From: Octopus bimaculoides
Lineage: Eukaryota
Direction of reading: 5' to 3'
Length of the DNA stretch: 64,000 nucleotides
Assembly: GCF_001194135.2 (NCBI RefSeq)
Contig: NC_068984.1
Span: 36,422,344 to 36,486,343, forward strand
The position numbers were made by a program, and so were the translations under genes. This document shows, piece by piece, positions 39,109 through 52,691 of the stretch. The notes beneath the pieces were generated by a model, which was given only the letters and a program-made list of their open reading frames with translations, did not search any database and was not told the DNA's origin. Each line of letters begins with the position of its first letter. The first letter of the stretch is position 1.

Positions 39109-39633
39109 GGATGCTGGGAAAAACTGCCTGGTACTCCATCCGGGCATTTATTAAGCAGAATATTTGCTGTAGCGCATCTTTTATACCAAGACAAAACAAT
39201 GTACATGATAACACTGCCAATCAATTAAGATTNNNNNNNNNNNNNNNNNNNNNNNNNNNNNNNNNNNNNNNNNNNNNNNNNNNNNNNNNNNNNNNNNNNN
39301 NNNNNNNNNNNNNNNNNNNNNNNNNNNNNNNNNNNNNNNNNNNNNNNNNNNNNNNNNNNNNNNNNNNNNNNNNNNNNNNNNNNTTTATTAAGCAGAATAT
39401 TTGCTGTAGCGCATCTTTTATACCAAGACAAAACAATGTACATGATAACACTGCCAATCAATTAAGATTAGAAGCTATGAAAGCCACTGCCTGGTACTGC
39501 ATCCGGGCATTATTAAGCAGAATATTTGCTTTAGCCCATCTTTTATACCAAGACAAAACAATGTACATGATAACGCTTCCAATCAATTAAGATCAGAATC
39601 CATGAGAACCACTGCCTGGTACTGCATCCGAGC
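39109..39633 (+). repeat. Tandem array of a 125-bp unit (at least 3 copies, spanning a gap)
   Basis: TTATTAAGCAG recurs at 39385 and 39510. Adjacent units differ at several positions. Confidence 0.9.
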
Positions 39634-39639
39634 ATAGAC

Positions 39640-39860
39640 TGTTGGAAATGAAAAGAATCCTAACATCGGGCTACAACACGTTCACTTAGAAGCCAAGAAC
39701 CCGCCTAAGTATCCTAGCTGTCCCTAATACCACTGTTTCTTGCAGCTGTACTAAACTGGGTTTTATGCTTATTTCCTCTATCCAGCAGTTCATATCTTTA
39801 TGGATAATTACCAATGCACTTATAACTACCGAGATACATTTTACCCGCACTTTCCATAGA
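39640..39860 (-). mobile_element. R4/Dong-like extreme 3' end
   Basis: IELQNLWKVRVKCISVVISAL..IKPSLVQLQETVVLGTARILRRVLGF*. Confidence 0.8.
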
Positions 39861-41974
39861 TTTTGCAATTCAATCATTATGTAATATCAGATAATTAACA
39901 AACAGAGACCCAAATTCAAGTTAATTATATTAATATAGATAATTACAATGTACTGCTCCAGTAAAAATGTAAACAAGCTAACTATTCAACTGAATCAAAT
40001 TTTGTCGTGCACATCATTGTTTAGTTTGTTGCAATAAATTGATTATTATTATATGCATTGATACTGCGACACATTAGAGTGGAAATGATTGTTGCATTGG
40101 TATTACGACAAATATTTGCTGAAAGATAACCTCGACAATAAAATATACTACAACTGGACATTCGAAAAGAAACATATTTTATTTTACTCAATAAGTTTTG
40201 TAACATTACACGCCGTTACACACATGTATATTCTAGACAAAATCACAGGTGCACTCACACAAGCACATACATACATACATACAAATATACATACATACAT
40301 ACAAACATACATACATACATACATACATACATACATGCATATATGCACGCGTGTGTTTTTATATATACTCTCCAAAGAGAATGTACAGGAAAATCAAGCC
40401 GGTGATGAAAACCCAAACTCCTTTTGGAATAATGTTACTAATGATACTAAGTAAATTTAGGTAATAAAATAGAAATTAAATATTAATCTGTAGAAATAAA
40501 GTTAATTGCTGCCTATGCTACAAGCGGTACTAATTTGTGGTATATGGGGAAATACTGAATACATTATTTTCTAAATGTTACGCAAAAATAAAGCAGAAAA
40601 AAAATCATAATAGTTATTATAATACTTACATATGTACAATCTTTCAACTACATTTCAATTGTAATTTTTGAAAGGACAGACAACACATTACAAAATTATT
40701 TTATATATTTTAGAAAATAGATACAACATAAATTGTTACAGATGCATTATTCCTTGAATCAAAAACACCATTTTAATATATACAACAAACAAAATCCGTT
40801 GCCATAATATTAAGCATGATTAGCGATTAACAGTTGGTAATTAAGCATTGTTCATTATATATTTCACAATAAACAAAAGATCGTTGGTGAAAGTAGATCG
40901 TTAGTGAATTCATTCTATTTATTTTAATCAAATTTAATTTCAGAAGAAAAAAAAGTCGTGACTGTTAGTATAATTTCTTTAATTAAAATAATTACTTGTC
41001 TTTGTACATTTCTTTAATAGAATATGCCACTTAAATATGTACACACAGAGGCATAGGTGTTGGGTTAGAATACATGTATACATAGGTATATGCATACTAG
41101 TGTATGAACACATTGATACATTTTAATAAGTCATAGCTCTTGTTTCTCCATAAGATTTCATCTTTTACAACATTTTGAAGTTATAAACCATCAATACACA
41201 GGTCTGTTTCGCTTTGTCACATGTTTTCCCTATTACAACATTAACATTATCAGGCGTCCGTCCTTATACTATACTTTACTTTATTCGCTTAACTTTTCTT
41301 TGAATATCATTCCTCCCTAAACCCCATGAACCCAACCTCTGTCATGATTCACACACCCATGTCGTATCGATGTGTAACATTTCATTTGTCCAACAACAAA
41401 TGCATTTTGTAATAGCAGTGGAGGTACTGTTTCCTCATAATCTGATTCTTTGGTTTCCAACTTTATTATTATGTCTAGTATTTACTATTTTGCTACACCT
41501 TTGAAACTATATAAGCAACGCCAAATATAAATCAAAATGCTGAAAATCTCGAAAATAGTAGTACAGAAAACAACAACAAGGATAGTAATGACGGTTATAT
41601 CAAAGGCACTAATGATAATCATAGAAGCAATAAAGGAAAAATTAGGAATTGGACTGCTTGCGGCGGAATAGAAAACAGTGCGGCAAAGAATTGTAGTTGT
41701 AAGGACAGATAAGCATGTACTCTGAGAAATTAATACTTTCATAAGAATGTAATATACAAATGTACAGTTAGAACGCAAGCAGATGCATATTGTAACTACA
41801 TTGCATCATTCAAAAAAATAGCTAAATTTAAGTAAGAAGAATATATGTGCGCATATATATATATAAAGTAACAAAAAACAGCATTACGTGATATAAAACC
41901 TAAAAGCAAAGAATCAGTTATCACTAATTATTACTGGGGGTTCTAGGGAGCACTTATATAGCTAGAAATAAGAC

Positions 41975-42210
41975 GGCGAGCTGGCAGAAACGTTAGCACG
42001 CCGGGCGAAATGCTTAGCGGTATTTCGTCTACCGTTACGTTCTGAGTTCAAATTCCGCTGAGGTCGACTTAGCCTTTCATCCTTTCGGAGTCGATAAATT
42101 AAGTACCAGTTACGCACAGGGATCGATCTAATCGACTTAATCCCTTTGTCTGTCCTTGTTTGCCCCCCCCCCTCCTATGTTTAGCCCCTTGTGGGCAATA
42201 AAAAAATAAG
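41975..42210 (+). mobile_element. SINE family A copy, tail type 1, the best-preserved copy
   Basis: GGCGAGCTGGCAGAAACGTTAGCACGCCGGGCGAAATGCTTAGCGG..GAGTTCAAATTCC..AAGTACCAGT..GTGGGCAATAAAAAAATAAG, with AAATAAGA at both junctions. Confidence 0.9.
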
Positions 42211-42489
42211 ACTTAGAAAATTAGGGTAGCGAGAAAGCAAATCATCATACACTGACATGGGAGATAACTGCCCCATAAGCAAAGCTAGATCACTACAGTA
42301 AACTAGCTTCGCCTGAAAATTACACGCATGTCAGTAGTGACAACTGCATCACTAAATTATTCAGCCTAATCCGGACTATCAGTACATATGTTTACTATAT
42401 ACATTTAACACTGATTTAACAAAATTCTAATGTGAATATCATAATATATATATAAACATACGCATATATATATATATATATAAATGTAT

Positions 42490-42595
<106 letters not shown>

Positions 42596-43588
42596 GTGTG
42601 TGTGTGTTGTGTAGCATTCGTTTACGCATTGCCTCACACCGTACAGAGAGTTGACATTTCATATGTTAACTCTCTCTCTCTCTCTGCATATCTCTCATTC
42701 TTTCTTCCCCCTCTCTATACGTTATAAAGCGTGCCTCAAGACATCACTCAACTAACGAAAGTTTATATATACTGGCTTTGATTACACAGAGATTTATAAT
42801 TTTGTATTATGTACATTGCGCTGGATATAACGTAATATAAGCGTTACTTGCCCCATAAAATTGATATTGAAATTACATAATCATGTCATCAATAAAACCA
42901 GGTAGGCCTGGGTGTGAGACTAAACACCCCAGTCTTCCTGCTCCAACTCAGTGCACAGATACACACACATATACACACCCTCACACATACATACAGAGCT
43001 TTTGCTGTATATTGCGGATATATTCGTATGACGTGTATGGTATCTTATTAATAGCACTCTAGGTTTAAAAGAATACGCATAAATTTAATGTAAGTGAAAA
43101 ATTTGTTGAACAATTTACAACGCAGACTTTACACCGAATAATCGCTGAAGAAAAAGTTTATTTCCAACACAACAAAGTGAGATGTTAATTTCATAGCTTT
43201 AAACGAAACTTAACTGTTACAGAGAAAATGAGGAAAAGCAAAGAATAATATAAAATGTTTCCAACACTTCCTCTGCATATATGCAAAAGGCAAAAACAAA
43301 ACGTGCAGCTACAGATACTTTTCATAACATTCTACAATATCGTACAAGCACCAAAATACTAACAGAAAGCATGTATGCCTTAATGATATAGGGGGAGGAA
43401 GACAAAATAATTAATTATATAAGAAATTATTTTGCTGAGACCCAAAATAATATCTACGAGGGCAGATATTTTCTGTCGTAAAACAGAATGCTAAGGTAGC
43501 AACTCAATCTAAAGAACGGGTATGTAGAATATCGAGATTTTAGAAATGTGCCCAGCACATTTGATAATGAAACAATATCGAAATAATA

Positions 43589-43815
43589 TCGCACGCCGAG
43601 CAAAATGCCTAGCGATATTTCGTCTGCCGTTACGTTCTGAGTTCCAATTCCGCCCAGATCGACTTCGCCTTTCATCCATTCGGGGTCGATTAAAGAAGTA
43701 CCAATTACACACTGGGATCGATGTAACCGACTTAATCCCTGTGTCTGTCCTTGCTTGTCTCCTCTATGATTAGCCCCCAGTGCGCAATAAATAAATGAAT
43801 AAATAAATAAATAAA
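43589..43815 (+). mobile_element. SINE family A copy, tail type 1, slightly 5'-truncated, with (AAAT)n end
   Basis: Aligns with the 41975 copy along its length. Confidence 0.85.
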
Positions 43816-44284
43816 TATCCAAGTAATATCCTGACACATTCGATAATTGCTATATTTGTGTGGAAATAAATTGTTTCGGCACATTTCAACACATGCCGAA
43901 TGAATGATTTCGTTATATCAGATCATTGTAAATTTGGGTAGATTTGAAAAAGTAAGGAAACGTCATTCCTATATGTTCTCACAGTACCACACTTTTGTGT
44001 GTGTGAGTGTGTATGTATTCCTCCATCCATGCATCCATGCATCCATCCATCTATCTATCATATTTCTATCTATCTACCTATGCACACCGATGTAAGTTCT
44101 ACCAATTATTAATGATAAATGTATATAACAGATTGACTCTTTAAAAGAGAGCACATGACTGATAAAATAATGAAAGCAATATTTAGTAAGCAAGTGAGCA
44201 CTATTATACAAAGAAATATCTAGACGTAAAAATTATTAGGATCGGGAATCAAATGTGAACATATTATCAAGCAACAAGCAGAAA

Positions 44285-44313
44285 ACCGCCCAAAGGGCGG
44301 TCTCTCTGCTAGT
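44285..44313 (+). mobile_element. Helitron-like 3' terminus
   Basis: Perfect GC-rich hairpin ACCGCCC-AAA-GGGCGGT, 7 nt, then CTAG followed by T. Confidence 0.6.
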
Positions 44314-44434
44314 ATATATAACGTGTACGCACATTATATCGAAAAAAATAAAATAAGGTATAAACATTCTAAACGTAATGGTAAATACCGCCCACGCGTT
44401 CACACGTAGACATTGTCACAACTACCATATATGT

Positions 44435-44523
<89 letters not shown>

Positions 44524-45166
44524 GAGACAGAGAGAGAATAATGGAAAGTGATGGAAGAAGATGATATAAATAAATAGAAAGACACAGACAGACATATTCA
44601 TATGTATAGATAAATATACATACGCATAGATGTGAATTATTGACGCACACATAATACTATAAATGTCACATGGTGTAACGCGCTGGCTCATTTCAGATTT
44701 CGTCATCAATTTACAAGCCAAATAACTATCACATTTATTGGCACATTCTCTTGAAACTTGATTTCATTAATTCTCGCCAATGATCTGTTTAACTGTTTGG
44801 AAAATTTAACTTGAATCAAATCAAGTTTACTGGTCTGCTGACATAAGTGTTGTATTGTTTGATTTCTTGAATTATTCTTAAAGCGTATTCTTCTAAATGA
44901 ATATAGTACAGTATTTGTGTTATACACACGCATACACACACACACACACACATACGTACACACCCTCGCAGGGATATTCTCAATGAGATTAGAGATTTAA
45001 ACGAAATGCATGTGCAAGCATAATGATTAAATACAATAGTCTTAGAAGCAGAATAATACTCTAATCAGTTAATGTTGTATACTTAAGAGTTTGAATGATT
45101 TTTCGCTCTTAATATTCTTACTGTCGTAAAAATACATAATCATCCCCATTTAAAATTTTTGTATGC

Positions 45167-45209
<43 letters not shown>

Positions 45210-45429
45210 CATATATATGGTTTTCTTAGTATAGAAAATTGTCACTTTTGTGTTTTGATTTTCACAAAAGAAATTGGTTAGGTGTAGAAGATGTTGTTCT
45301 ATGTGTATCTTACTTTCTGTTAATTGTTCTATAAGCAATTTGTTAAGTATTTGTTTAGTGTAAAGGGATCAAAGTGCATTTTGATTGTACATTATAGTAA
45401 TAGTTTATAATGTAGGTGAGGTATCAACA

Positions 45430-45890
45430 TGTTTACACATTAGAAACAAATATTCGTTTGAAATTTTTTTAACAATTTATGCATTAATGAAAATATTACT
45501 TCAGAGTTTCAATTCAGAATTGGGTTAATTAATATTAGAATATGATAGGTTTCATTTGTACCAAGTTGGCAGGGCTTGATGTTACCCTAGTATCGTTGTG
45601 GATCTGAAAGTATTCTCCACATGATGCTATACGTTTGGATAGTGGCGTATAGTTTTTTCCGATTGCGAAAAGCGTGTGCGTGTTGATTGTAATATGTCTT
45701 GAAATCATTGCTGTAGATCCCATATATGTAGATATAGTAAGTAATTGACACCGTGTTTGTGGTTAGTTTTTGCGCTAATTACGACACATTATTCTTTTTT
45801 TAGAATTTCCTTCCAGAGGTCAGAGTGAAAATTTTCTACAATTACACTTGTTGCTCCGTGTATGATTTGTTTTCACTTTTAGACAATTTT
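45430..45890 (-). mobile_element. Penelope-like element GIY-YIG endonuclease remnant
   Basis: KCNCRK..PLEG, TYMGST, then after a frameshift DFKTYYNQHAHAFRNRKKLYAT..WRIL..KPCQLGTNETYHIL. Confidence 0.75.
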
Positions 45891-46159
45891 CGATGGTTGT
45901 AATTGGCTACAGTTTTTCAATACATACTCACACGTACATACATATATATGTGTGTGTGTTTGAGCGTGTGTTAACGCAACTCCTTAACACTTGCCTTCAG
46001 CACTCTTATTCTGTTCCTACAAATCACGGTTCTCTACCTCTTCTACCGCCTTCAATTTGACCTTGTCACTTGCTGTTTGTTGCAACATTTACCCATCCCT
46101 GATCGTTCATTTGCACACGTAACGTTTCCATAGTTCCTACTATTTTACTCTCGACTTAA

Positions 46160-46810
46160 ATCTATCTGTGTAGGATCAAGCAATCAAAGAAATCTATATT
46201 TGGAAGACTGTAACTAAGGAAGACGTCTCGACTGATTGTAGAATTTGAGATGAGACAGAAGAGATGGTTACTCATATTGTCTCCAAAATTAAACTACTGA
46301 CTCAGTGTGTCTATAGGAACTGGAGATATGATACAGTTGCTAGAAACATACATTGGGAAATATATAAAATATATCAATTTGCAAATAAATGGCAGTTCCA
46401 CAAAGATTCTGAACTCATTCTTGAACTGAAGCATCTAACTATACTTTGGGTTATTAAACTTCTAACAACTAGGCAAGCAACATATTTATGTCCAGATATT
46501 GCCATACTCAATAGAGAGGAAAGACTGTGTTGCTTAATGAACGCTGGTTGCCGTATGATATACAAGTGGTAAACAAAAGAACGTTTGAAAATAGGAAAAT
46601 ATCAGGACTTAAAATACAAACTTCAACGAATTTATAATTGCCGTAAACTAATCATTATTTCATTGGTAAATTATGCCTTAGGAACATTCGAATTAAGTTT
46701 GAATGATTCGTTCAGGATGTTAGATATCGCGAGGAATTTCCTGATTGTACGGAAGGCTTTTTGCTTGAGACAGCAAATATTATAAGAAAGGTGCAAATCG
46801 ATATCTGGTA
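46160..46810 (+). mobile_element. Old R4/Dong-like 3' fragment (CCHC knuckle plus RLE domain)
   Basis: DCRI*DETEEMVTHIVSK..RYDTVARNIHW..TILW..CPDIAILNREERLCCL..KIGKYQDLKYKLQRIY..YALG. Confidence 0.75.
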
Positions 46811-49725
46811 TTCTGATAATGTCAGAAGAGCAAACCAAATGGTGAGTGAATGACAACATTGAAATGGAGGAAATAGAGACGAAGAAAGACGAGGAGTAGG
46901 AGGAGGATGCTAATGAGGATTTCTTTTATGATGATTTCGGACGACATTTGAGGAGACAATCACAATGATGGACACAAGTTGTTTGAGTTTACCTAGAGAA
47001 ACGTGTGATGAAAAAAATTAAATAGTATCATAATTATAGATGATATAAAACTATCTTAGGAGAAAGGAATCCCAAAGATTCAACATCGCTCTGGCCGTTC
47101 AGGGTAAACACGTCTCCGACTGTCTGTGTGTTGGGAATTGTCTGAATAAGTAGTCTGATTTTGACAAATGTGTGAAGCAGATTTTCTTATCTACGTTATT
47201 GATGACTATGTTGTTACTGTGTCTAAATTGCTTCATCAGTTTAATATTACTAACATGGACAACAATAATATCGTTGTTCAATTTTATTTGCTGTTGTTGA
47301 GATTGCAAGTTTCACTTTCTTGATTGTGATTTTCATTGAATTTGTCATTGTAATTTAAACTGTTGCTGATCTTTGTTGCTGTTGACATTGTGTTTATTGT
47401 GCGGATGCGTTATGGTTGGGGAGAATGTCAACTACCCCTTTGAATACAGTGGCTTTAAAACTTGCGGCTGCTCCTATCCCAATATATCTCTTCTGTTTGT
47501 CGCACTGTTCTTTAGTTGGATGTCTTGCCTCGATACCGTCGCACGGCAAGATCCCAGATATATCTCTAACAGCGGACAAAGAACCTTAGCCCGTGAAATG
47601 AGGAAAGTTGAAAGCATTACTGGATGGATCCTTTTAGGAAGTGTTATGAAGTCGGATCTCACGCTATTTACAGATGTGTTTGCTGGTGCCGATACTCCTG
47701 CATCAGTTGTTCCGGTTTTATTGATGTTGTGGTTCTTAATACTATGTACCATTATAATTTTATTTATTTTTCTACTGCTATTGTTACTGCTATTTCTGGT
47801 ATGATGTCAGCAAGAGTCAGGCCCACTTTATGCTGTTTCTTCATGCTCCGTGGACCTCAAATTATATTAACACTTCGTAAGTGCCATTTGGTTTCTCTAC
47901 TATCCACAACTACCCACAGCTATATAAGGCTTGCGGTTATGATGGAGCCAGTTACTTTCTTATTATTTCTAGGTTCTGGTTGTGTGTTTATTATCATACC
48001 AGTACACGTCTCAAGGCTTTTCTACTCCCAATTATCCACTTTATCACCTCTTATAAAATTTCTCCGTCATCATAATTCAATTTTCGGTTAAATATATGCC
48101 CCCGTTTCATTCCCAATTCACGCGGGAAGTCATTAGAAGCAATTCATTATCTTTAGCCAAAAGTTACTCATATTTATTCTCCTGTCGCGCTTTTTTCGAA
48201 ATGTCTCTGGATTACAATACAATGTGTTTTGCTTTTAAAGCAACTCTAATTTATATTTCATGTGTTAACTGTTTTCATAACTTCTGTCTTTCTCATGTAT
48301 GCTTCTTTGTGTGTAATTGTTTTCCTCATCATGTCTATAACTACATTATTTGAAACACCTATTTGCTATTTAGCAGAAATTGTAATTGTGCTTGATGCTC
48401 TGTTGTCACTGTTCGTGATCCTGCAATCCGTCACTGTCGTGGAAACAGCTGAATTACTGCGATGGGTAGAGGTAAAGATTGTCAAGGTGCAGCCCACTCA
48501 TATAATAGTAAATCCACTGCTCATTAGATAATTATCTGTCGTTTTACTGCTACTTGATCTAGGTATAAAACGTATGAATTATACGTTGAAGATAAACTAT
48601 CTCCCTTCGTTCTTGACACCTTGTGTATTTCATTTCCGTTCTTGAGGGTGTTGTAGTTGTTGATACTGCTATTGTTTTTACGACTGTTGTTTCTGTTATT
48701 GTAATTCTTGTTATTATTGCTTCTGTAAGCATAATGTTGTTATTGACTTAGTAGATTGTATCTTCGTATAACGTCTCAGTAGCTTTCACGGTTTTTTCTC
48801 CGAAAGATGAAATGATGCTTATTTCATTATTTGCGCTCTCTTCACCACCTTTCACTGTGTATGTGTGTATATAGTAGGCATTTGTATATGAAAGCATGTG
48901 CCTCTATTTTTATGTTCGGGCTTAATGTTGTATATGTAAATATATAGGTAAGTGTGTTTGTCTACGTTGAGTAATGGTTGATTATAGATTTGTGAGAGTT
49001 CAATGAATTTCAAATTTTGTAAACAAGTCAGAATCTTGCATTAAATCGAATTGATTAAGAACCAGAGGAGCAGTGGGAACACTGTAAGACGAAGCATACT
49101 AAAACATTGTTATGTAGGACTAAAGTAAAAATGGACTATTGATAAATAATATTCACATCCATTCTGTCACAATGTTCGAAAAGTCGTAAAGCACTGTTCG
49201 TGGATGTCTTTATACATATCAATATTCTATGAAAAATTCCCCCGTAAGTCAGCGATTTTAAATTTCGAAATAAAGCAGTACATATAGTACCTCACGTATA
49301 GGCAGGCTTTTCTTTCACGGCATTTCTTAATGAAGCTTATAATGATTTGCCATTATATACAACAATTGATGAATGTCAATACATAATAAAATACTTGTCT
49401 TGTGAACACCTGCAGAAATGGATTATTTTACGAGATATTCATTATTATAATGCTTTAAGTGTGGATTAAACAATGTTCCATAAATTTTCAGAAATAATGT
49501 CATGAACATGTTATTTGCTATATAACCCAAAGAAAGAACTCGTTAAGAACTCATTTCAGCTTTATATATGCATCACCTACTCAATGTATGCAGTTTTACA
49601 CATAAAAGCTTGTATAGTTTGGTTTCACATCATGTATACTCCAGCAACGAATATAACAAAGAGAATACTATGGGAATTTTGTAATGCTTTATTTTACAAG
49701 GAAGCAGAAAGAGATTGAGTGGAGA

Positions 49726-50530
49726 TACGAGGGCACATTTTTCAAAAACAAAAAATATTTTATTTTACTTGCCTACTTTATAATAGTTCTTTCCACTTTT
49801 GATAAAACACTTCTAATGAATTTCCATTTATTGGACGCATACTGAAGGATATTGTAGGGAGAATCTATTTCTACCATCGTTTGTAAATGGAATATTTTAG
49901 AGTGGACTTAAAATTTAGAAATCAAAAAATATCGCAATGGAATAGATTTCTGGAGATAAGAAACAACATTCTTTACCAAATCTCATGAATTACGTGTGTC
50001 CTGTAATCGGATTCGTTGTCCTTATGCAGTCTCCCGGTTTTACATATTTATGCCTCTGATGTCATCATTCTACCCCAGTTGCCTAGAAGACATCTAAATA
50101 AAAGTCTTTATTGATCGTTCGAACACGTGAAACAAATCTTTGATGCACTCTGCTCTCCCAGTTAAAAATACGATTATCACCTCCATCACATCTAATGGTC
50201 TTTCTGGGATTGCGGTTACAAGAATTAAAAGCAGTGTGGAAATTTTCATTCCATGTGGATTTAGCAACCATATGCTATTGTTTTATTACCTACTATAACA
50301 TTTCTTAGAAGGCTTGTATCAGCATATGCACGATCAAACAGCTCCCAACTGAATGCCATGCAGTTCTCTTTTTGTCATTTCTGAGCATACACAGAATAAT
50401 TTTAAAATAGCACAGTGCCTCATCACTTTTTTTCTTTAAACCATCCATGGCATAAGTTTTCTCAATTTCCCAATCCTTCTGGTATTTAATGGATAACCAC
50501 AGGATATGTTTCGTCGAGCAAGCTCTCACT
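49726..50530 (-). mobile_element. Highly degenerate mariner-family transposon
   Basis: Minus strand reads ELFDRAYADTSLLRNVIVGNKTIAYG (TGDETW-like), RVHQRFV..TINKDFYLDV and LHKDN. Terminus GCCCTCG-TA at 49726. Confidence 0.65.
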
Positions 50531-51266
50531 GTCGTCATAGATCGGTCTCCACTGTCATGGTAGTTCGGTTAGTATTTGAATCAAATTTGGTGGGCTTCTT
50601 CTCCGATATAAAAGCCGGTAATTGCTTTGATAATGTAAAAGATTCGAATAATCCGCTCCAATGTCTACTGCATCTTCGCAAGAAATTCTGTGATTGCTTA
50701 CCAATGTGCTAAATAACATATGCTCTGCAGTTGGTGCAGGTAGGTTATATACTACAGTTGGTTCCGTTATTAATTATATACACATTTGACATGAAAAGCG
50801 GGATCATGTTTCATGTTTCATCTATTTATCAGCTATGATTTTGCTCTATTTATACATCTGATCAGGCTGCCTAATCAGTCATATATACTAAGATATGCGA
50901 TCTTTTAAGGGTACTTTGACTACGATTTTCAACAGGCAGAAGGTCCACGGAGGGAAGCTAGTGTATATTCAAGATTTTTAACTATAGATGTTTACGATAA
51001 TCGATTTTTAAGTGAATATCCATTCCAGATCATTCACATAACATTTGGTTTATTCTATAACAGTCTCACAAATTGTGCTAAGATATTTAGGAAATAAGAT
51101 CCACTAAAGTACTTTGTGAGAGAAAATAAAGTTGTTTTCAAAGTGTAATGTATTTAACAAGAGTTGAGCACTTCACATAAAGAATAATTATTACCTCTTC
51201 TTATTTGCAAGAGTTGGAATTAGAATCACAAACGCACGGATGCACACGCACACGCGCAAACACTGG

Positions 51267-51300
<34 letters not shown>

Positions 51301-51379
51301 CCTAAGTAAAAGAAGCCATATATATATATAAATATTTATACCNNNNNNNNNNTAAGCACAAAGGAGACATTTACATATG

Positions 51380-51431
<52 letters not shown>

Positions 51432-52085
51432 AGTTGCATATAATTAAGACATGGTCTGGTTTTCACGTTTTTATTATGCTATTTTAAACAATTAATGTTT
51501 CTGCAATGTTGAAGTGTGTTAAACATTATAAAAACATATTGTAATGTTCATAAAGTTTAATCAGCGCTTTCATACGTTCGTAGTAATCATCAGATTACAA
51601 AGTGTATTTTTCTGACAATTGACAATTTTACTAAAATGACTAAATTCTTCCTTTTTATACTACTTAGAAGGCTCCAATAAGCTGATTTTTTTTGTATACG
51701 GTTTTGAAAGGTAAAGAAGGAAGGGAGAAAGTCTACAATTACGAGTGAGAGGACGAGAGGGAGGAAGACAGGAAGTTGGAATGCTAGAAACGGAATATGA
51801 ATACGGGAAATAGAGAAAGAAGATAGAATCGCAAAAATGTATGAAAACTTAGTTAACAAAAGTTGGAATACGTTCAGTAACTCAATAAATGAACAATGCA
51901 TTAAATATTTAAAAAACGTACACATAGGACAGACACAGACGGACCCTAGTTCTTCTTCAGTTATCAACCGAGACACTAACACACATTTTCATGCCTTTGA
52001 TGATAAGACTGAGAACTTCGCATGAAACATAAAAACAAACAGAAACGTCTCTCTATCTCTCTCTCTCTCCACACACAAACACGCA

Positions 52086-52131
<46 letters not shown>

Positions 52132-52646
52132 NNNNNNNNNNNNNNNNNNNNNNNNNNNNNNNNNNNNNNNNNNNNNNNNNNNNNNNNNNNNNNNNNNNNN
52201 NNNNNNNNNNNNNNNNNNNNNNNNNNNNNNNNNNNNNNNNNNNNNNNNNNNNNNNNNNNNNNNNNNNNNNNNNNNNNNNNNNNNNNNNNNNNNNNNNNNN
52301 NNNNNNNNNNNNNNNNNNNNNNNNNNNNNNNNNNNNNNNNNNNNNNNNNNNNNNNNNNNNNNNNNNNNNNNNNNNNNNNNNNNNNNNNNNNNNNNNNNNN
52401 NNNNNNNNNNNNNNNNNNNNNNNNNNNNNNNNNNNNNNNNNNNNNNNNNNNNNNNNNNNNNNNNNNNNNNNNNNNNNNNNNNNNNNNNNNGTGTAGTATA
52501 TTGCCACTTAAGTGTGGCTGACCCCTAGGGGTGGATGTTACTGTTGCTTTTAGCCCCAGGAGGACATCTCCTCCAGCTGGCTTATCGACACACGACTGTG
52601 TCCTGTTTGCCAAGGGAAGTTGTCCCTCTCACCATGATCTGTAGCA

Positions 52647-52691
52647 CGAACGGATCCGGATTTCAGGGCTATTTCCCTTCGTCGGTGTTCG
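52647..52691 (-). ncRNA. Minimal type I hammerhead ribozyme-like motif (C in place of U4)
   Basis: Minus strand: CGAAC-A-CCGACGA-AGGG-AAATAG-CCCT-GAAA-TCCGGA-T-C-C-GTTCG. Stems I and II pair, and stem III is the 8-nt palindrome ATCCGGAT. Confidence 0.65.

Noticed and set aside
39109-39633. 125-bp tandem units as a CRISPR array
   Set aside because: Units are full-length repeats with no unique spacers, there are no cas genes, and the context is eukaryotic.
43454-43837. ORFs at 43454, 43509, 43546, 1554, 5675 and 32950
   Set aside because: They are sense or antisense readings of SINE family A copies.
51590-52025. 130-aa and 62-aa ORFs
   Set aside because: Purine/pyrimidine-skewed low-complexity sequence with no domain signal.
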